In this document: one piece after another, positions 28,638 to 39,300 of the stretch
Position numbering within the stretch: position 1 is the first letter of the stretch
How the letters are laid out: every line of letters starts with the position of its first letter
Source: Candidatus Cloacimonadales bacterium
Lineage (GTDB): Bacteria; Cloacimonadota; Cloacimonadia; Cloacimonadales; JAIOQZ01
Direction: 5' to 3'
Assembly: GCA_963662655.2 (NCBI GenBank)
Contig: CAXXTU010000002.1
Location: 3,168,001 to 3,232,000 of the forward strand
DNA: 64,000 bases
Translations under genes and position numbers: made by a program
Notes under the pieces: model-generated
Seen by the model: the letters and a program-made list of their open reading frames with translations, nothing else
Told to the model about the DNA's origin: nothing
Database searches by the model: none

Positions 28638-28723
28638 AATATTTCACCTATCTTGTACCCGGTTTTCTCCCCTCCTGGCCACGCTCTATGCGTAACTCAT
28701 TGCCATTTATATAAATATGTTAC

Positions 28724-28739
28724 TGGCACTCTTGCTGCT
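28724..28739 (+). promoter_or_regulatory. Sigma54 (-24/-12) promoter
   Basis: TGGCACtcttgctGCT: GG at 28725-26, exactly 10 nt, GC at 28737-38; preceded by an AT-rich tract and followed by a GGAGGAG RBS. Confidence 0.8.
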
Positions 28740-28761
28740 ATAGTAAACTGGAGGAGTGAAT

Positions 28762-29052
28762 ATGAACGTTTTATTGTACAAGGTTGGATCAAATCTGGAA
28801 TCATTAGTAAAGATACTGCAAGAAGTGGAGCGAATAAGCCTATTTTTTGGCTACAGCCTAACGGAGGGGCAATTGATTATTAGAGACTACCATCCTCAAG
28901 TGGTTATAACTAACAATCCAGACCAGATAGCACAACTAAATCCGTCAAACATTCAAACAAGGTTCCTATTTGTATCGCAGCAAAGCGGGAAAGAGATACT
29001 AGCTGCTGTAAAAGCGGTGAAAGAACAAGCATACAAGGAGATGAAGAGATGA
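28762..29052 (+). CDS. Small protein, possible degenerate (pseudo-)receiver domain
   Basis: GGAGGAG RBS; MNVLLY...IRDYHPQVVITN alpha/beta pattern like REC but without the acidic pocket; stop overlaps the next start (ATGA). Confidence 0.6.
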   Translation: MNVLLYKVGSNLESLVKILQEVERISLFFGYSLTEGQLIIRDYHPQVVITNNPDQIAQLNPSNIQTRFLFVSQQSGKEILAAVKAVKEQAYKEMKR

Positions 29053-32000
29053 GATTTGTCATAATATTCTTAGTTATTGCCCTGTTTGGGGTAACCCTGG
29101 CACCCGCCTTATGGGCTAATTCTCTACCGAAACACGCTGATGCTATAGATGGCATTACCAGCCAGATCATCCAACGCCCAGCCCAGCGAAACGCAGGTTA
29201 TGCCCTGCACTTCAACGGTACGAACCAGTACATGTATGTTTTTCACGATGATATTGGCAACCCGGCTGGCAACTTCACCATTGAAGTTTGGGCCAAACTT
29301 ACTGCTTACCCAAGCGGTAATGCTGATATAATTTCCAAGCACACGTTTCTCGAGGGATTCAGAAGTGGCTACTTTATTGAGTACAACCCCGAACTTGGAA
29401 TAACAGCCGGAATAGGTAAAGGTTCTGGTTGGACTACTACAGAGGGAACTACTTGGGAATTAAACGAATGGCATCATGTAGTAATGACATTTCTGGCTTC
29501 AAACAGGCGAATAGAGTTATGGGACAACGGCAATAAAGTTGATACTAAGTATGCTCCAAGTGTACAATTTTGCGATGAACAATTTGTGATTGGAGGATCA
29601 AGACACTATGGCAACTTCTGGCCTGGTGTAGTTGACGAAGTGCGGTACTGGAGCAGTGTTCGCACTACAGACCAGATCAGGGAAAACAGGTTTATTCCTG
29701 TTTCCAGCACAGAGGCGTACTTGGAATGTTACTGGAAGTTTGATGAGAATACAAGTAACTGGAGTTATGATGAGGTTAATGGTTACCCCGCTACAATGTT
29801 TAATGGCAATGTTAATGAATGGGTAACCTCCGATATTATTTTCGGTGAAGGCGTGTCTGATACATACAACAGCAACAACGGTAATTTGGTGTTAGAAGGG
29901 ATAGATATGACATTCCAATCGGTACAGGGTAGCAGCATTGTAGTATACAAAATGGATGGTGCGCCCAACGTAGAACCGCAGGGCGAAATTATACTGTTTG
30001 ACAGCAATTACTGGATAACTGAGCCTTTTGGAAATGTGAACGCAGTTTATGACATAGTTTTTTACCCAACTGAACAACTAACCCAGATTGATCATTCCCA
30101 CCCTGAATTAATCTGGTTGTATCACAGAGATACGTTATCCAATGGAGAATGGGAGTTTTTAAGTGCAGCAAGTTCTGTTGATGAAGATTTGAGCCATATA
30201 ACTTTTAATGATCTGCCGGCTGGAGGCCAGTTCATTATTGCCAGGGCAATTCCGCAGGATATTGACGTACAGAGCAGCCTGGATTTTGGGGAAGTGTATT
30301 TGAACAACACTTACAATCAGACATTTTATATCCGCAACCAGGGACCGCATCTGCTTGTTGTAAGCGAAATCAGCGTAGCGAACTCTGATTTTGTAATACA
30401 ACCTACCCAATGCTCTATTGCCGCACAAGACAGTTGTGAGATACATGTTACTTTGACAGTATCCGATTATACCACCTATAATGAGCAAATAATAATCACC
30501 TCGGACGATCCGGACGAGGAAACAGTGCAGGTAGCTCTACAGGCAAACACCGTTCCTGCCAGGATTAAGTTGGCAGACGGTCAGGAGTTCAGTCTTGCAC
30601 AACAGAACTTCTGCGGAATCGACGTTAGCGGGAGTTATGCCTCGCCCGTTGTTATTGATTTTAATCACGACGGTTTGTTAGAACTGTTCATCGGTGCCAG
30701 CAGTGGGTGTATAAACATGTATGAACAACGTTCATTTGGCTCAATGCGGTTTGATTTCGTTACTGGCGAGTTCAATAATATAAACTACTCACAGTGCAAC
30801 GACCTGGCTACGATGGATTTCAATAACAACAATCATCCGGAGCTTTTGTTTTCCACATCTGAAGACGGTATCAAACGCTGGGAACAAACAGTGGGGCTAG
30901 ACACTATCCAGTTAAGCGACCTTATAACAGGCTACGTCAATTATACAGAACCGCATATCTGCGCGGCAGATATCAACGATGATGATTACTGGGATATGTT
31001 TTTAGGTACAACCAACAACCAACTACTTTACTTTCGGCAAAATGCATTGGCATCCCCCAGTTTTTTCCCACATTCATCACATGATTTACCCTCAATTTTC
31101 GACCACTTAAAACCAGCAATAGGTGACCTGGATAATGATGGCCTGTATGATCTTGTTGTCGGTACTAATAACGGGCATATAGAACATTGGGAACAAAGCT
31201 CGTACCATAGCTTAAACTTTACATATATGGGTTATGACCTGATTAGTTATTGCCATCCCTACAGCAACCCTTATATATGTGACCTGGATGGCGACGGCCT
31301 AAAAGAAGTTCTGGTTGGTTACGGTAATGGTAGCTTAAACCTGTTCACCATGCCTGGCCTACACTCGGTTGATTTTAGAACCATGCAGGTGGGCCAACCA
31401 AGGGTTAAAAAATACCTGTTGGGATTTACCCAAACCAGTGCCGACGTTAGTTTAACCTGCCCTGCTGGAGTTATGGCAGCGACTAACCCGGATGGGCCCT
31501 TCGCCCAAACCATTACTTTTAGCAATCCCCAATCTAACTACGGCGTAGATTTGTACTTACAAGCACTTTTGGAGGTGGAAGGCGATCTCGAAGGTGATCT
31601 TGTAATAAGTACAAACGGATGCGCACCTTACACGGTGAGCATCAATGGAGGTGCTTACTATATTGACCAGGATCCGGGTACTGCCTTAGAGTTCAACAGC
31701 ATTGACCAAACTGTATTTATCTCGAATGATTTGATTGGTCCCCCCCAGGGTGATTTTAGCTATGAGTGTTGGGCTAAGTTGGATGAACTACCTACAAACA
31801 ACAGATTCCTGATTTCTACTCACTTTAACGCTGGTGGCTCGAAAAGGGGTGGTTATGTGCTGCAATACACTCCCGGTAACGGCGTAACGGCTATTATTGG
31901 TACCAATTCCGGTTGGTTTTCAGTACCTGATGGGACTGACTGGAATGTAGGCCAGTGGTATTATGTAGCGTTTACATATAATAGTGCGGCCAACCAAATG

Positions 32001-33104
32001 AGTTTGTACATAAACGGAGAGCTTCAGGGCACCACTGACCTTACTGCCATTCCTAACTGGGGTGAAAAAAATCTGATGTTCGGTTCGTCTGAGTACTACG
32101 GCGGTTACTTCCCGGGGCAAATGGATGAGGTTAGGTACTGGAATATCTGCCTTAGCCAAGATCAGATTCAAGCACAGCGTCACCGTATTTTCACCAGCCA
32201 CGTTGATGGCCTTGTGGCCTACTGGCAGTTTAACCAGGAAGGTGATACCGTTATAGAACCAATCAGCGGTATAGATGGCCAAATCGAAGAAGCCGGTAGC
32301 GGAAACCGTGTCCCATCAACTATCCCGGCTGGGTATGGCAACAGCTTTGTTCGACAAGAAGTAGAAGCCGGGATTAATTTCCCCGATACAGAGGCGTATC
32401 TTACTATCCATAGTACTCCTGGTGGAACCTGCACCTTTACTCACCTACACGTTACCCCTAACCAGGTTACTGATGAACCGGACACAGTGTTTGGTAACGA
32501 GTACTGGATTTTTGACCGTTACGGGTCTGTAAATGGGTTTGAGGCTGATTTAACATTAACCTCTGAAACCGCACTAACGGATGAAGACGAGCAGGATCCC
32601 TGCCGCATTGCTTTGTTTACCAGAGCCTGTAATGCCGATTCTGCCTGGGTGTACCTGTGTTCAGCTTTTGAAGTTGATGCAGAAGATGCCTCTGCTACTT
32701 TCAGTAACATATCCCAAGAAGGTCAATTTTTAATGGCGCGCTGGGTACAACAGATAGACACACCACAAGACATTCGTGTGTGTGTGTGGAATGACAGCTT
32801 GCAGATTAGCTGGGATGCGGTTGCGGGAGCTACCTTCTACCACGTGTATGGCGCAATATCGCTAAACGATGAGTTCGTAAATGTTAGTGAAACCGGCTAC
32901 TTTGGTAACGGGCAAAGCTTTGTCAGGAAACAAATGCCAAGCAGGGGGCTGGTCGGCCTGCCACAAATACAGACCACAAACACCGCCAGAACCGCCAGTG
33001 CAAGTAATGGCCATGGCAGAGACACCACCCGCCAGCGTTGTACCTGGAGCACAACGCTTGATTGTACATCCCGATTTTTTTATGTAAAAGCCATAAAACA
33101 GTAA
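29049..33104 (+). CDS. Secreted surface protein: LamG-like, Ig/ASH, FG-GAP/VCBS repeats, second LamG-like, C-terminal FN3-like tail
   Basis: Signal peptide; two LamG-type units (FTIEVW...WHHVV...G.VDEVRYW...YWKFDE); DFNHDGLLEL, DLDNDGLYDL and DLDGDGLKEV repeats; ITSDDPDE. Confidence 0.88.
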   Translation: MRFVIIFLVIALFGVTLAPALWANSLPKHADAIDGITSQIIQRPAQRNAGYALHFNGTNQYMYVFHDDIGNPAGNFTIEVWAKLTAYPSGNADIISKHTFLEGFRSGYFIEYNPELGITAGIGKGSGWTTTEGTTWELNEWHHVVMTFLASNRRIELWDNGNKVDTKYAPSVQFCDEQFVIGGSRHYGNFWPGVVDEVRYWSSVRTTDQIRENRFIPVSSTEAYLECYWKFDENTSNWSYDEVNGYPATMFNGNVNEWVTSDIIFGEGVSDTYNSNNGNLVLEGIDMTFQSVQGSSIVVYKMDGAPNVEPQGEIILFDSNYWITEPFGNVNAVYDIVFYPTEQLTQIDHSHPELIWLYHRDTLSNGEWEFLSAASSVDEDLSHITFNDLPAGGQFIIARAIPQDIDVQSSLDFGEVYLNNTYNQTFYIRNQGPHLLVVSEISVANSDFVIQPTQCSIAAQDSCEIHVTLTVSDYTTYNEQIIITSDDPDEETVQVALQANTVPARIKLADGQEFSLAQQNFCGIDVSGSYASPVVIDFNHDGLLELFIGASSGCINMYEQRSFGSMRFDFVTGEFNNINYSQCNDLATMDFNNNNHPELLFSTSEDGIKRWEQTVGLDTIQLSDLITGYVNYTEPHICAADINDDDYWDMFLGTTNNQLLYFRQNALASPSFFPHSSHDLPSIFDHLKPAIGDLDNDGLYDLVVGTNNGHIEHWEQSSYHSLNFTYMGYDLISYCHPYSNPYICDLDGDGLKEVLVGYGNGSLNLFTMPGLHSVDFRTMQVGQPRVKKYLLGFTQTSADVSLTCPAGVMAATNPDGPFAQTITFSNPQSNYGVDLYLQALLEVEGDLEGDLVISTNGCAPYTVSINGGAYYIDQDPGTALEFNSIDQTVFISNDLIGPPQGDFSYECWAKLDELPTNNRFLISTHFNAGGSKRGGYVLQYTPGNGVTAIIGTNSGWFSVPDGTDWNVGQWYYVAFTYNSAANQMSLYINGELQGTTDLTAIPNWGEKNLMFGSSEYYGGYFPGQMDEVRYWNICLSQDQIQAQRHRIFTSHVDGLVAYWQFNQEGDTVIEPISGIDGQIEEAGSGNRVPSTIPAGYGNSFVRQEVEAGINFPDTEAYLTIHSTPGGTCTFTHLHVTPNQVTDEPDTVFGNEYWIFDRYGSVNGFEADLTLTSETALTDEDEQDPCRIALFTRACNADSAWVYLCSAFEVDAEDASATFSNISQEGQFLMARWVQQIDTPQDIRVCVWNDSLQISWDAVAGATFYHVYGAISLNDEFVNVSETGYFGNGQSFVRKQMPSRGLVGLPQIQTTNTARTASASNGHGRDTTRQRCTWSTTLDCTSRFFYVKAIKQ

Positions 33105-33391
33105 CGGGTTTTTATAAGAAGGCAAGCAGCACCGAATGATCGTACAGCGCTATAGGATACTTGCACCGCCTGAATACTTTGAAAAGATGAAGAAGCACGA
33201 GAAAAAAACCGATCCGGGAAGGCGGGGAGATTTCGCTCTCCCTCCTTTCGGATCATATGACTCTAACCGGATAACTCTCATTTAGGGCGGTTTTCGATTC
33301 AGATGTCGTATTCCGTTTAATCGAAAAACGCAGGATACTACAACAAACTGGATCATAAACGATATGGGTATACGTCATTTCTATCGTGAAA

Positions 33392-33530
33392 TGAGAAGTG
33401 GCTCCGGTAGTATGGACAGAAATCCGTCATGTATAAGTGGAATCTTGCCGGTGATGATGTCATGCAGCATCGGGTAGATGCTCCGAGCTTTTTCGATACA
33501 TTTCGTCGGACGTGGCCGTGTGGGCCGACC
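33392..33530 (-). mobile_element. Orphan 3' end and right inverted repeat of an IS3-family element
   Basis: About 120 bp closely similar to 34960-35090 (GAAG.GGCTCCG.TAGT.TGGACAGAAATCCG...GTGATGATGTCATGC.GCATCGGGTAGATGCTCCGAG). Confidence 0.8.
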
Positions 33531-33567
33531 TGCTCGCAGGCGAATCCGATGACGATACAATCGACAG

Positions 33568-33798
33568 CTACACCTCCCATGAACTGATTGTAACTGCTTC
33601 CGTTACCGTACCACGATGCTCAATAACATAGAATTGTCCCATTATCCAATACGCGATACCAGCATGTCCAAAAAAGGAGGCTAATCCTGGACCTTCTCGA
33701 TAAAGGGCATGACCATATCCTGGTTGTGGAAGAGGTTGAGCTAAGCAGGCAATACTGATTGCTAGAATGATGCAAGCTAGAAATATGGTTTTTCTCAT
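33568..33798 (-). pseudogene. Truncated secreted protein, possibly a permuted NlpC/P60 (papain-like) N-terminal fragment
   Basis: Signal peptide, then LYR.....FGHAGI....YVIEH...V...S; ends just before the IS3 fragment. Confidence 0.5.
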
Positions 33799-34937
33799 TT
33801 CTCACCTTCATACTCACTATACTCCCGATGGAACTGAAGCATAGATTCGCTATGCCAACCTGATTTATCCTTTAGATAGTTCACTGATAGTTGTCCTTCT
33901 CGCTGTACTTCATCATCTTTCCGAAGTTTAAGCACTTCGTGCACCATCTCAGGATTAAAGTGCATATCTCCAATTCTGATAGCTTTTAAGCCATAGATAA
34001 TGATTTCATCACTATGATCTTGCTTAGCAGAAAGCATCCATCTGACCGCTGCCTGGGATGGCCACAATTTTAAAGAAATGTCTGCGTGCTTGTGACCTTC
34101 AAATGATGTAGGACCATACCCAAACCTGCCAAGGTTGTCAATGAAAGACATTACTGCTTGCATTGTATTCATTTTCCCCATTCTTTCGAGAATCTCCAAG
34201 TATACAGTCATGGAGTCTGTATTCTGTGCTATCTCACTAAATGTCCTGAGATAATCCCATTCCGGAGTGAGTTCAATGTACCGAATGGCGAGCCTAAGCA
34301 TATTGTCTTGATAATCATATGGGCTGTGGATTACATCACTAATATATCGGTCGAACTCCTGACTACCAGAAGATCTGAGTGCAAAAACGAGAGAAGGCAG
34401 TAGTTCAGAAGAATCCGTTTGCTCAACCAGTTGAATTATTCTTTGTTGAACCAGAGGAGTTTTCCAAGAGAGGCTTGAGACAGCACTCCTTCTGTAGATG
34501 TCTTGTTCATCAGTATCTGATGCAATATTCAACAGAATTTCCTGTAGATCATTATATTTCTTATCCCCTTGCTTGATTCTTTGTTCTGCGATGCAAAGAA
34601 AATAATACCTGAAATGTCTATTAAATTCCTTACAACCAATAATATACAGAAGTTCATCTTCATATGGTTTTTCATTCCATTTCTCAATCAATGGTTCAAT
34701 CAAGAGCATCCCACTTCCGCTAAATTCTTCAGGGTCCAACGAAAGCTCGTATGTAAACTCGAAAAGCTCCTCTAAATCCAGTGATTCAAGAAAGCTGCGA
34801 TCCTGCAAGAATTTCTCTGTGTAATATTTGCTGTTTATCCTGTCGAAATCTAGCGTCACTGTCTTTTTCTGATCAGTGCAAGACAGCAAGTGTGCCATTA
34901 AAACTAGCACTGTGAGAAAGACAACTCTTCTTTTCAT
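33795..34937 (-). CDS. Lipoprotein with alpha-helical (HEAT-like) repeats
   Basis: GGAGG RBS; MKRR + hydrophobic + LLSC lipobox; helical repeats such as RRSAVSSL and LRLAIRYI. Confidence 0.75.
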   Translation of the reverse strand: MKRRVVFLTVLVLMAHLLSCTDQKKTVTLDFDRINSKYYTEKFLQDRSFLESLDLEELFEFTYELSLDPEEFSGSGMLLIEPLIEKWNEKPYEDELLYIIGCKEFNRHFRYYFLCIAEQRIKQGDKKYNDLQEILLNIASDTDEQDIYRRSAVSSLSWKTPLVQQRIIQLVEQTDSSELLPSLVFALRSSGSQEFDRYISDVIHSPYDYQDNMLRLAIRYIELTPEWDYLRTFSEIAQNTDSMTVYLEILERMGKMNTMQAVMSFIDNLGRFGYGPTSFEGHKHADISLKLWPSQAAVRWMLSAKQDHSDEIIIYGLKAIRIGDMHFNPEMVHEVLKLRKDDEVQREGQLSVNYLKDKSGWHSESMLQFHREYSEYEGEK

Positions 34938-34959
34938 TCATCCTCCATAGGTTTGTAAT

Positions 34960-35673
34960 TGGTAGAAGAGGCTCCGTTAGTTTGGACAGAAATCCGCATT
35001 GTATTAAGTGGAACCTTGCCGGTGATGATGTCATGCTGCATCGGGTAGATGCTCCGAGTCTTCTCGATACATTTCGTTGGGTGTGCAGCCACCGTGAGCC
35101 GAGTGTGGTCGCATCTGGTTATAGAAGTCCAGATATTTCTGCAGTGATCCTCTCGCGTCGCTGATACTGTCGTACGCCTTCAGATAAACCTCCTCGTACT
35201 TGATTGTCTTCCAAAGCCGCTCCACAAAGACGTTGTCCCGCCAGCAACCCTTGCCGTCCATACTGATCGAAACGCCATTTTCCTTGAGCAAAACCGGTAA
35301 ATTTAGCGCTCGTGAACTGACTGCCCTGATCCGTGTTGAATATCTCCGGGCAACCATGTATTTGCATCGCCTTCACGTCGGGTTAGCTGTCCTTGTCCTT
35401 ACGCGGACCACCGAACACCTGGGAAGCGTTGTCCAGCATCTGCTGTTTCCAGTCCGATATCTGGTTGGGATGTACGTCGAATTGTTCTGCAAGTTCGGCA
35501 AGCGTCCGGTCGCCCTTGAGCGCGGCCAGAGCCACTTTCGCCTTGAATTTCGCCGAGTGATACCGTCGTGGTCTTCTCATTCGCTTACTCCTTAAACACA
35601 CACTCTCTCTTTGATCAATCGGAGCAAGATTTCCACTTATACGCAAGTCCTAATTTCCGTGACCACTTCTGAC
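34960..35673 (-). mobile_element. Internally deleted IS3-family element (about 0.7 kb)
   Basis: orfA RRYHSAKFKAKVALAALKGDRTLAELAEQFDVHPNQISDWK stops at 35383; orfB C-terminus PEIFNTDQGSQFTS / ISMDGKGCWRDNVFVERLWKTIKYE is frameshifted; both inverted repeats (GAAG.GG..C.G.A.T..GGAC...TAAGTGGAA) retained. Confidence 0.88.
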
Positions 35674-36335
35674 TGGCGCATCGATAAAAAGGGATTTCAA
35701 ACGCCCTGGAAGCAAAAACATTGAATCGAGAAAATGATCTTGACAAAGCAGCGGCATAAATCTCAGATAAACTCAAGTCGTGTCTCAATTGTTACGTTGC
35801 TGAAAATCTTGGACATGGATTTTGAGATAATTGATGATGTCCTTGGAGGATGGGTTGAGAATATCTGTATTTCGGTTGACTCTCGCCTTGGAAGCCGCTC
35901 CCTGCAAACCTGTAGGGTGGAGTAGTTCCGGAAACGCGAGACCTTGTTGAACCTCCTCAGAGGATATTCGACCTATGCGCTTTTCGAAGTGTTGGGAACC
36001 GTAGTTTTGGATATGGAGAAATGGCTTGAGAAAACCTTTCGCGTCCTGGAATCCAACTCGTGAAGAGAAGAGGTGATCCATTTATATATCTTATCGGTCT
36101 TGTAATAACACTTTTACAGAACCATGTTCTACGCCACATCGGACAAAACAATTACTTCCCACGCTATAAACTGAATCGCAAATCAGACTCACTGCAGAAT
36201 GTGGGCATCAACCTCACATCGAAGCTAACTATATATAGAATCGTAAAATCGAAACTGGCAAGCCAACGCATGTTCTCAAACCATCACATCGTATTCCTTT
36301 AATTGGGTGCGATACATAAACAGAGGGGACGTACC

Positions 36336-39300
36336 ATGAAAAACAGGAAGTTTTCTATATTATTGAGTGTTATGGCCTTGGCCATGTTGTTGAGTGTAAC
36401 GAGTCTTTCCGCGGAGACAATTCATGTCGATGCCAGCGCGTCTGGAAGAGAGACAGGGGAATCCTGGACGGATGCATTTACTTCTTTGCACACTGCATTG
36501 AATTCGGCGGTTTCAGGAGATCAAATCTGGGTTGTGGAAGGCGTTTATTACGCCACAAGCAGTTTTATGCTCAGCTCGGGCGTGGAAGTCTACGGTGGCT
36601 TTGCTGGAACGGAAACGCTACTGACTGAAAGGGACTGGCAGGCAAATCAAACGATTCTAAGCGGCGATATCGGGCAGGATGATGTGAACGACGACGGTAA
36701 CTGGATTACCGAAAGCTGGGATCAGCAGGTCGGAACGAATGCTGATCATGTGGTTGTCGCTCCATATGGTGTGGACAGTACAGCAAGATTGGATGGTTTT
36801 ATCGTAACTGCCGGTTCTGGAACCACCTATTACGGTGGTGGCGGGATATTGAACTGGTATAGCTCACCCAGTTACTATAACTTGGAGATAAGGGGCAACC
36901 AGGGGCAAACGTATGGCGGCGGAATGCTGAATGCCAGCTCGTCACCACATGTAGAAAACGTTCTAATCGATGGCAACCGGTTGATAAACTATCTCTCGAT
37001 TGGTTATGGTGGAGGCATGTACAACTTATATGGAGGAAGCCCTTCTATAATCAATGTCCATTTTAACAATAATCTGGCATCTGCGGGGGGAGGATATGCT
37101 GGTGAAGATGTAAATCCATCTTTTGACAATGTTGTTTTCAGCAATAACATCAGCACTGGAGCTGGGGGAGGTGGCGTATATCTCAAAGATCAGTCAAGCG
37201 CAACCATGAATAATACCACTTTCAGATATAATCAGGCTTTTTCGGGAGGAGGTTTGTATCATGTAGGTGGTGGGACGCTAACACTTAGCAACGTAGCCTT
37301 CATTGAAAACACAGTCCTTTCCAGTGAAATTATAAATTGCGGCGGTGGATTGGAAGCTGCCTATGGGGTGACGGTTGATGCTGTAAATGTTTCCATCATA
37401 GGCAATACAGCAGCGGACAATGGCGGAGGCGTAAGCTTCACAGACAATTCTATAGGAACCTTCACAAATTGCCTATTTATCGGCAATCGATCTGTTGGAG
37501 GGACGATTGGCGGAGTGAGAGCATGCTGGGGATCCACAGTCACACTAACCAATACTACTTTCAATGGTAATCGTGCATCAGGCACAGGTGGAGCTTTCGG
37601 AACCGATTGGGGAGCGAACGCAATATCAGCCACAAATAGTATTATATGGGGTAATTATCCTGATCAGGTTCGCGGATCAGGAATATCCATTAGTTATAGT
37701 AATGTCCAAATGGACAGTGGTGTTTATGCAGGAACAGGCAATATCAATTGCAATCCCCTGTTCCTTGAGGCGGTTGACCCACTGGAAGCTCCCACCACCG
37801 GTGGCGATCTGAGAATCAATGGAATATCCCCTTGTGTGGATGCCGGTGAGAATAGTTTTAATTCAGAAGCGCTGGACTTCCGCGGTCAAGCCCGGATTCA
37901 GAACTCGACGATTGACATGGGAGCTTATGAGTGGACCGATGGAATCGATCCGTCTTTTCAGGTCATTTATGTGAATGCTATGGCGGATGGCAATAACGAT
38001 GGTTCAAGCTGGGTCGACGCCTTTAATTCATTGCAATCGGGACTCGATGCAGCCATTTCTGGAAATCATATCTGGGTAGCAAAAGGAACCTATGTTCCAG
38101 AAGATTCTTATGATTTAATCAATACACCTCGCAATTATCACTTCAGAATGATTGAAGGCGTTGAGATCTACGGTGGATTCTCTGGTACGGAAACTTCCAG
38201 CAATCAAAGAACCTGTTACGGGGTTGGAGAAGAAAACGAAACAATACTCAGTGGTGATTTGAATGGTGATGATGTAGTCAGCGGAACCGGGGAAACGCTC
38301 GCCTTTTCGAACTACACGGATAACTGTTTTCATGTAATCTACAATCCGGATCCTTTGACATCAACAAGCCTATTGAATGGATTCTCCGTAAGAGGTGGAA
38401 ACGCCGATGGCACAAATCCTCACAATAGCGGTTCCGGGATTTACAACTTCCACGCATCTCCTTCATTAACGAATGTGATTTTGATAGAAAATCAGGGGAT
38501 CTATGGAGGCGGTATTTATAATCAGGACGCTTCTCCAGTCGTCACCAATTGCATCATCTATCGTAATATTGCTCAAAATGGTGCAGGATCTGAAAATGAG
38601 ACATCTTCACCGGTTTTTATCAACACAACCATTGTAATGAATCTGGCAACGAATGCTGGCGGTGGATTGAATAACCATCTGAACGCCACCCCAACCTTCA
38701 ATAATTGCATCATTTGGGGAAATCATGCTCTCACCGGGAATCAGATGTATATATCTGGAGGTGGTACGACCACACTTAATTATTCCTGCTACTCCAGTCA
38801 GGATAATGATGTTATAATGAGCGGTGCGACCTTTTTCGCGGATAATAACAATACCACGGAAAATCCGGACTTTTGGGATGCTACAATCGGTGATTTCCGA
38901 CTTTGGGAAAACTCCCCCGCAGTCGATAACGGTCTGAACAGTTATAACAGAACATCAACCGATGTGCGTGGTCAAGCCAGAATCCAAAACACCACAATCG
39001 ATATGGGCGCTTACGAGTGGACACTTGGCGTCGATCCATACAGTATCGCTGGAATCCTATATGTCGATATCAATGCCGTGGGAGCGAACAATGGAGCAAG
39101 CTGGATGGATGCCTTTACCTCTCTGCAATCAGCGCTTGATATTGCCATACCCGGAGATCAAATCTGGGTGGCAAAGGGAACATATATTCCAAGTTCTTCT
39201 TACAATCTGACGAATACCCCCCGCTATTATCATTTCAGGATGATGGAAGGGGTCGAAATTTACGGCGGATTTTCCGGTACGGAAACTTCCATGGATGAAA

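Noticed and set aside
36255..36270. TGGCAAGCCAACGC as a sigma54 promoter
   Set aside because: GG-to-GC spacing is 9 nt, not the required 10
35734..36302. Several short overlapping ORFs between the IS3 remnant and the beta-helix gene
   Set aside because: No frame gives a recognisable protein; possibly decayed coding DNA, but this cannot be supported
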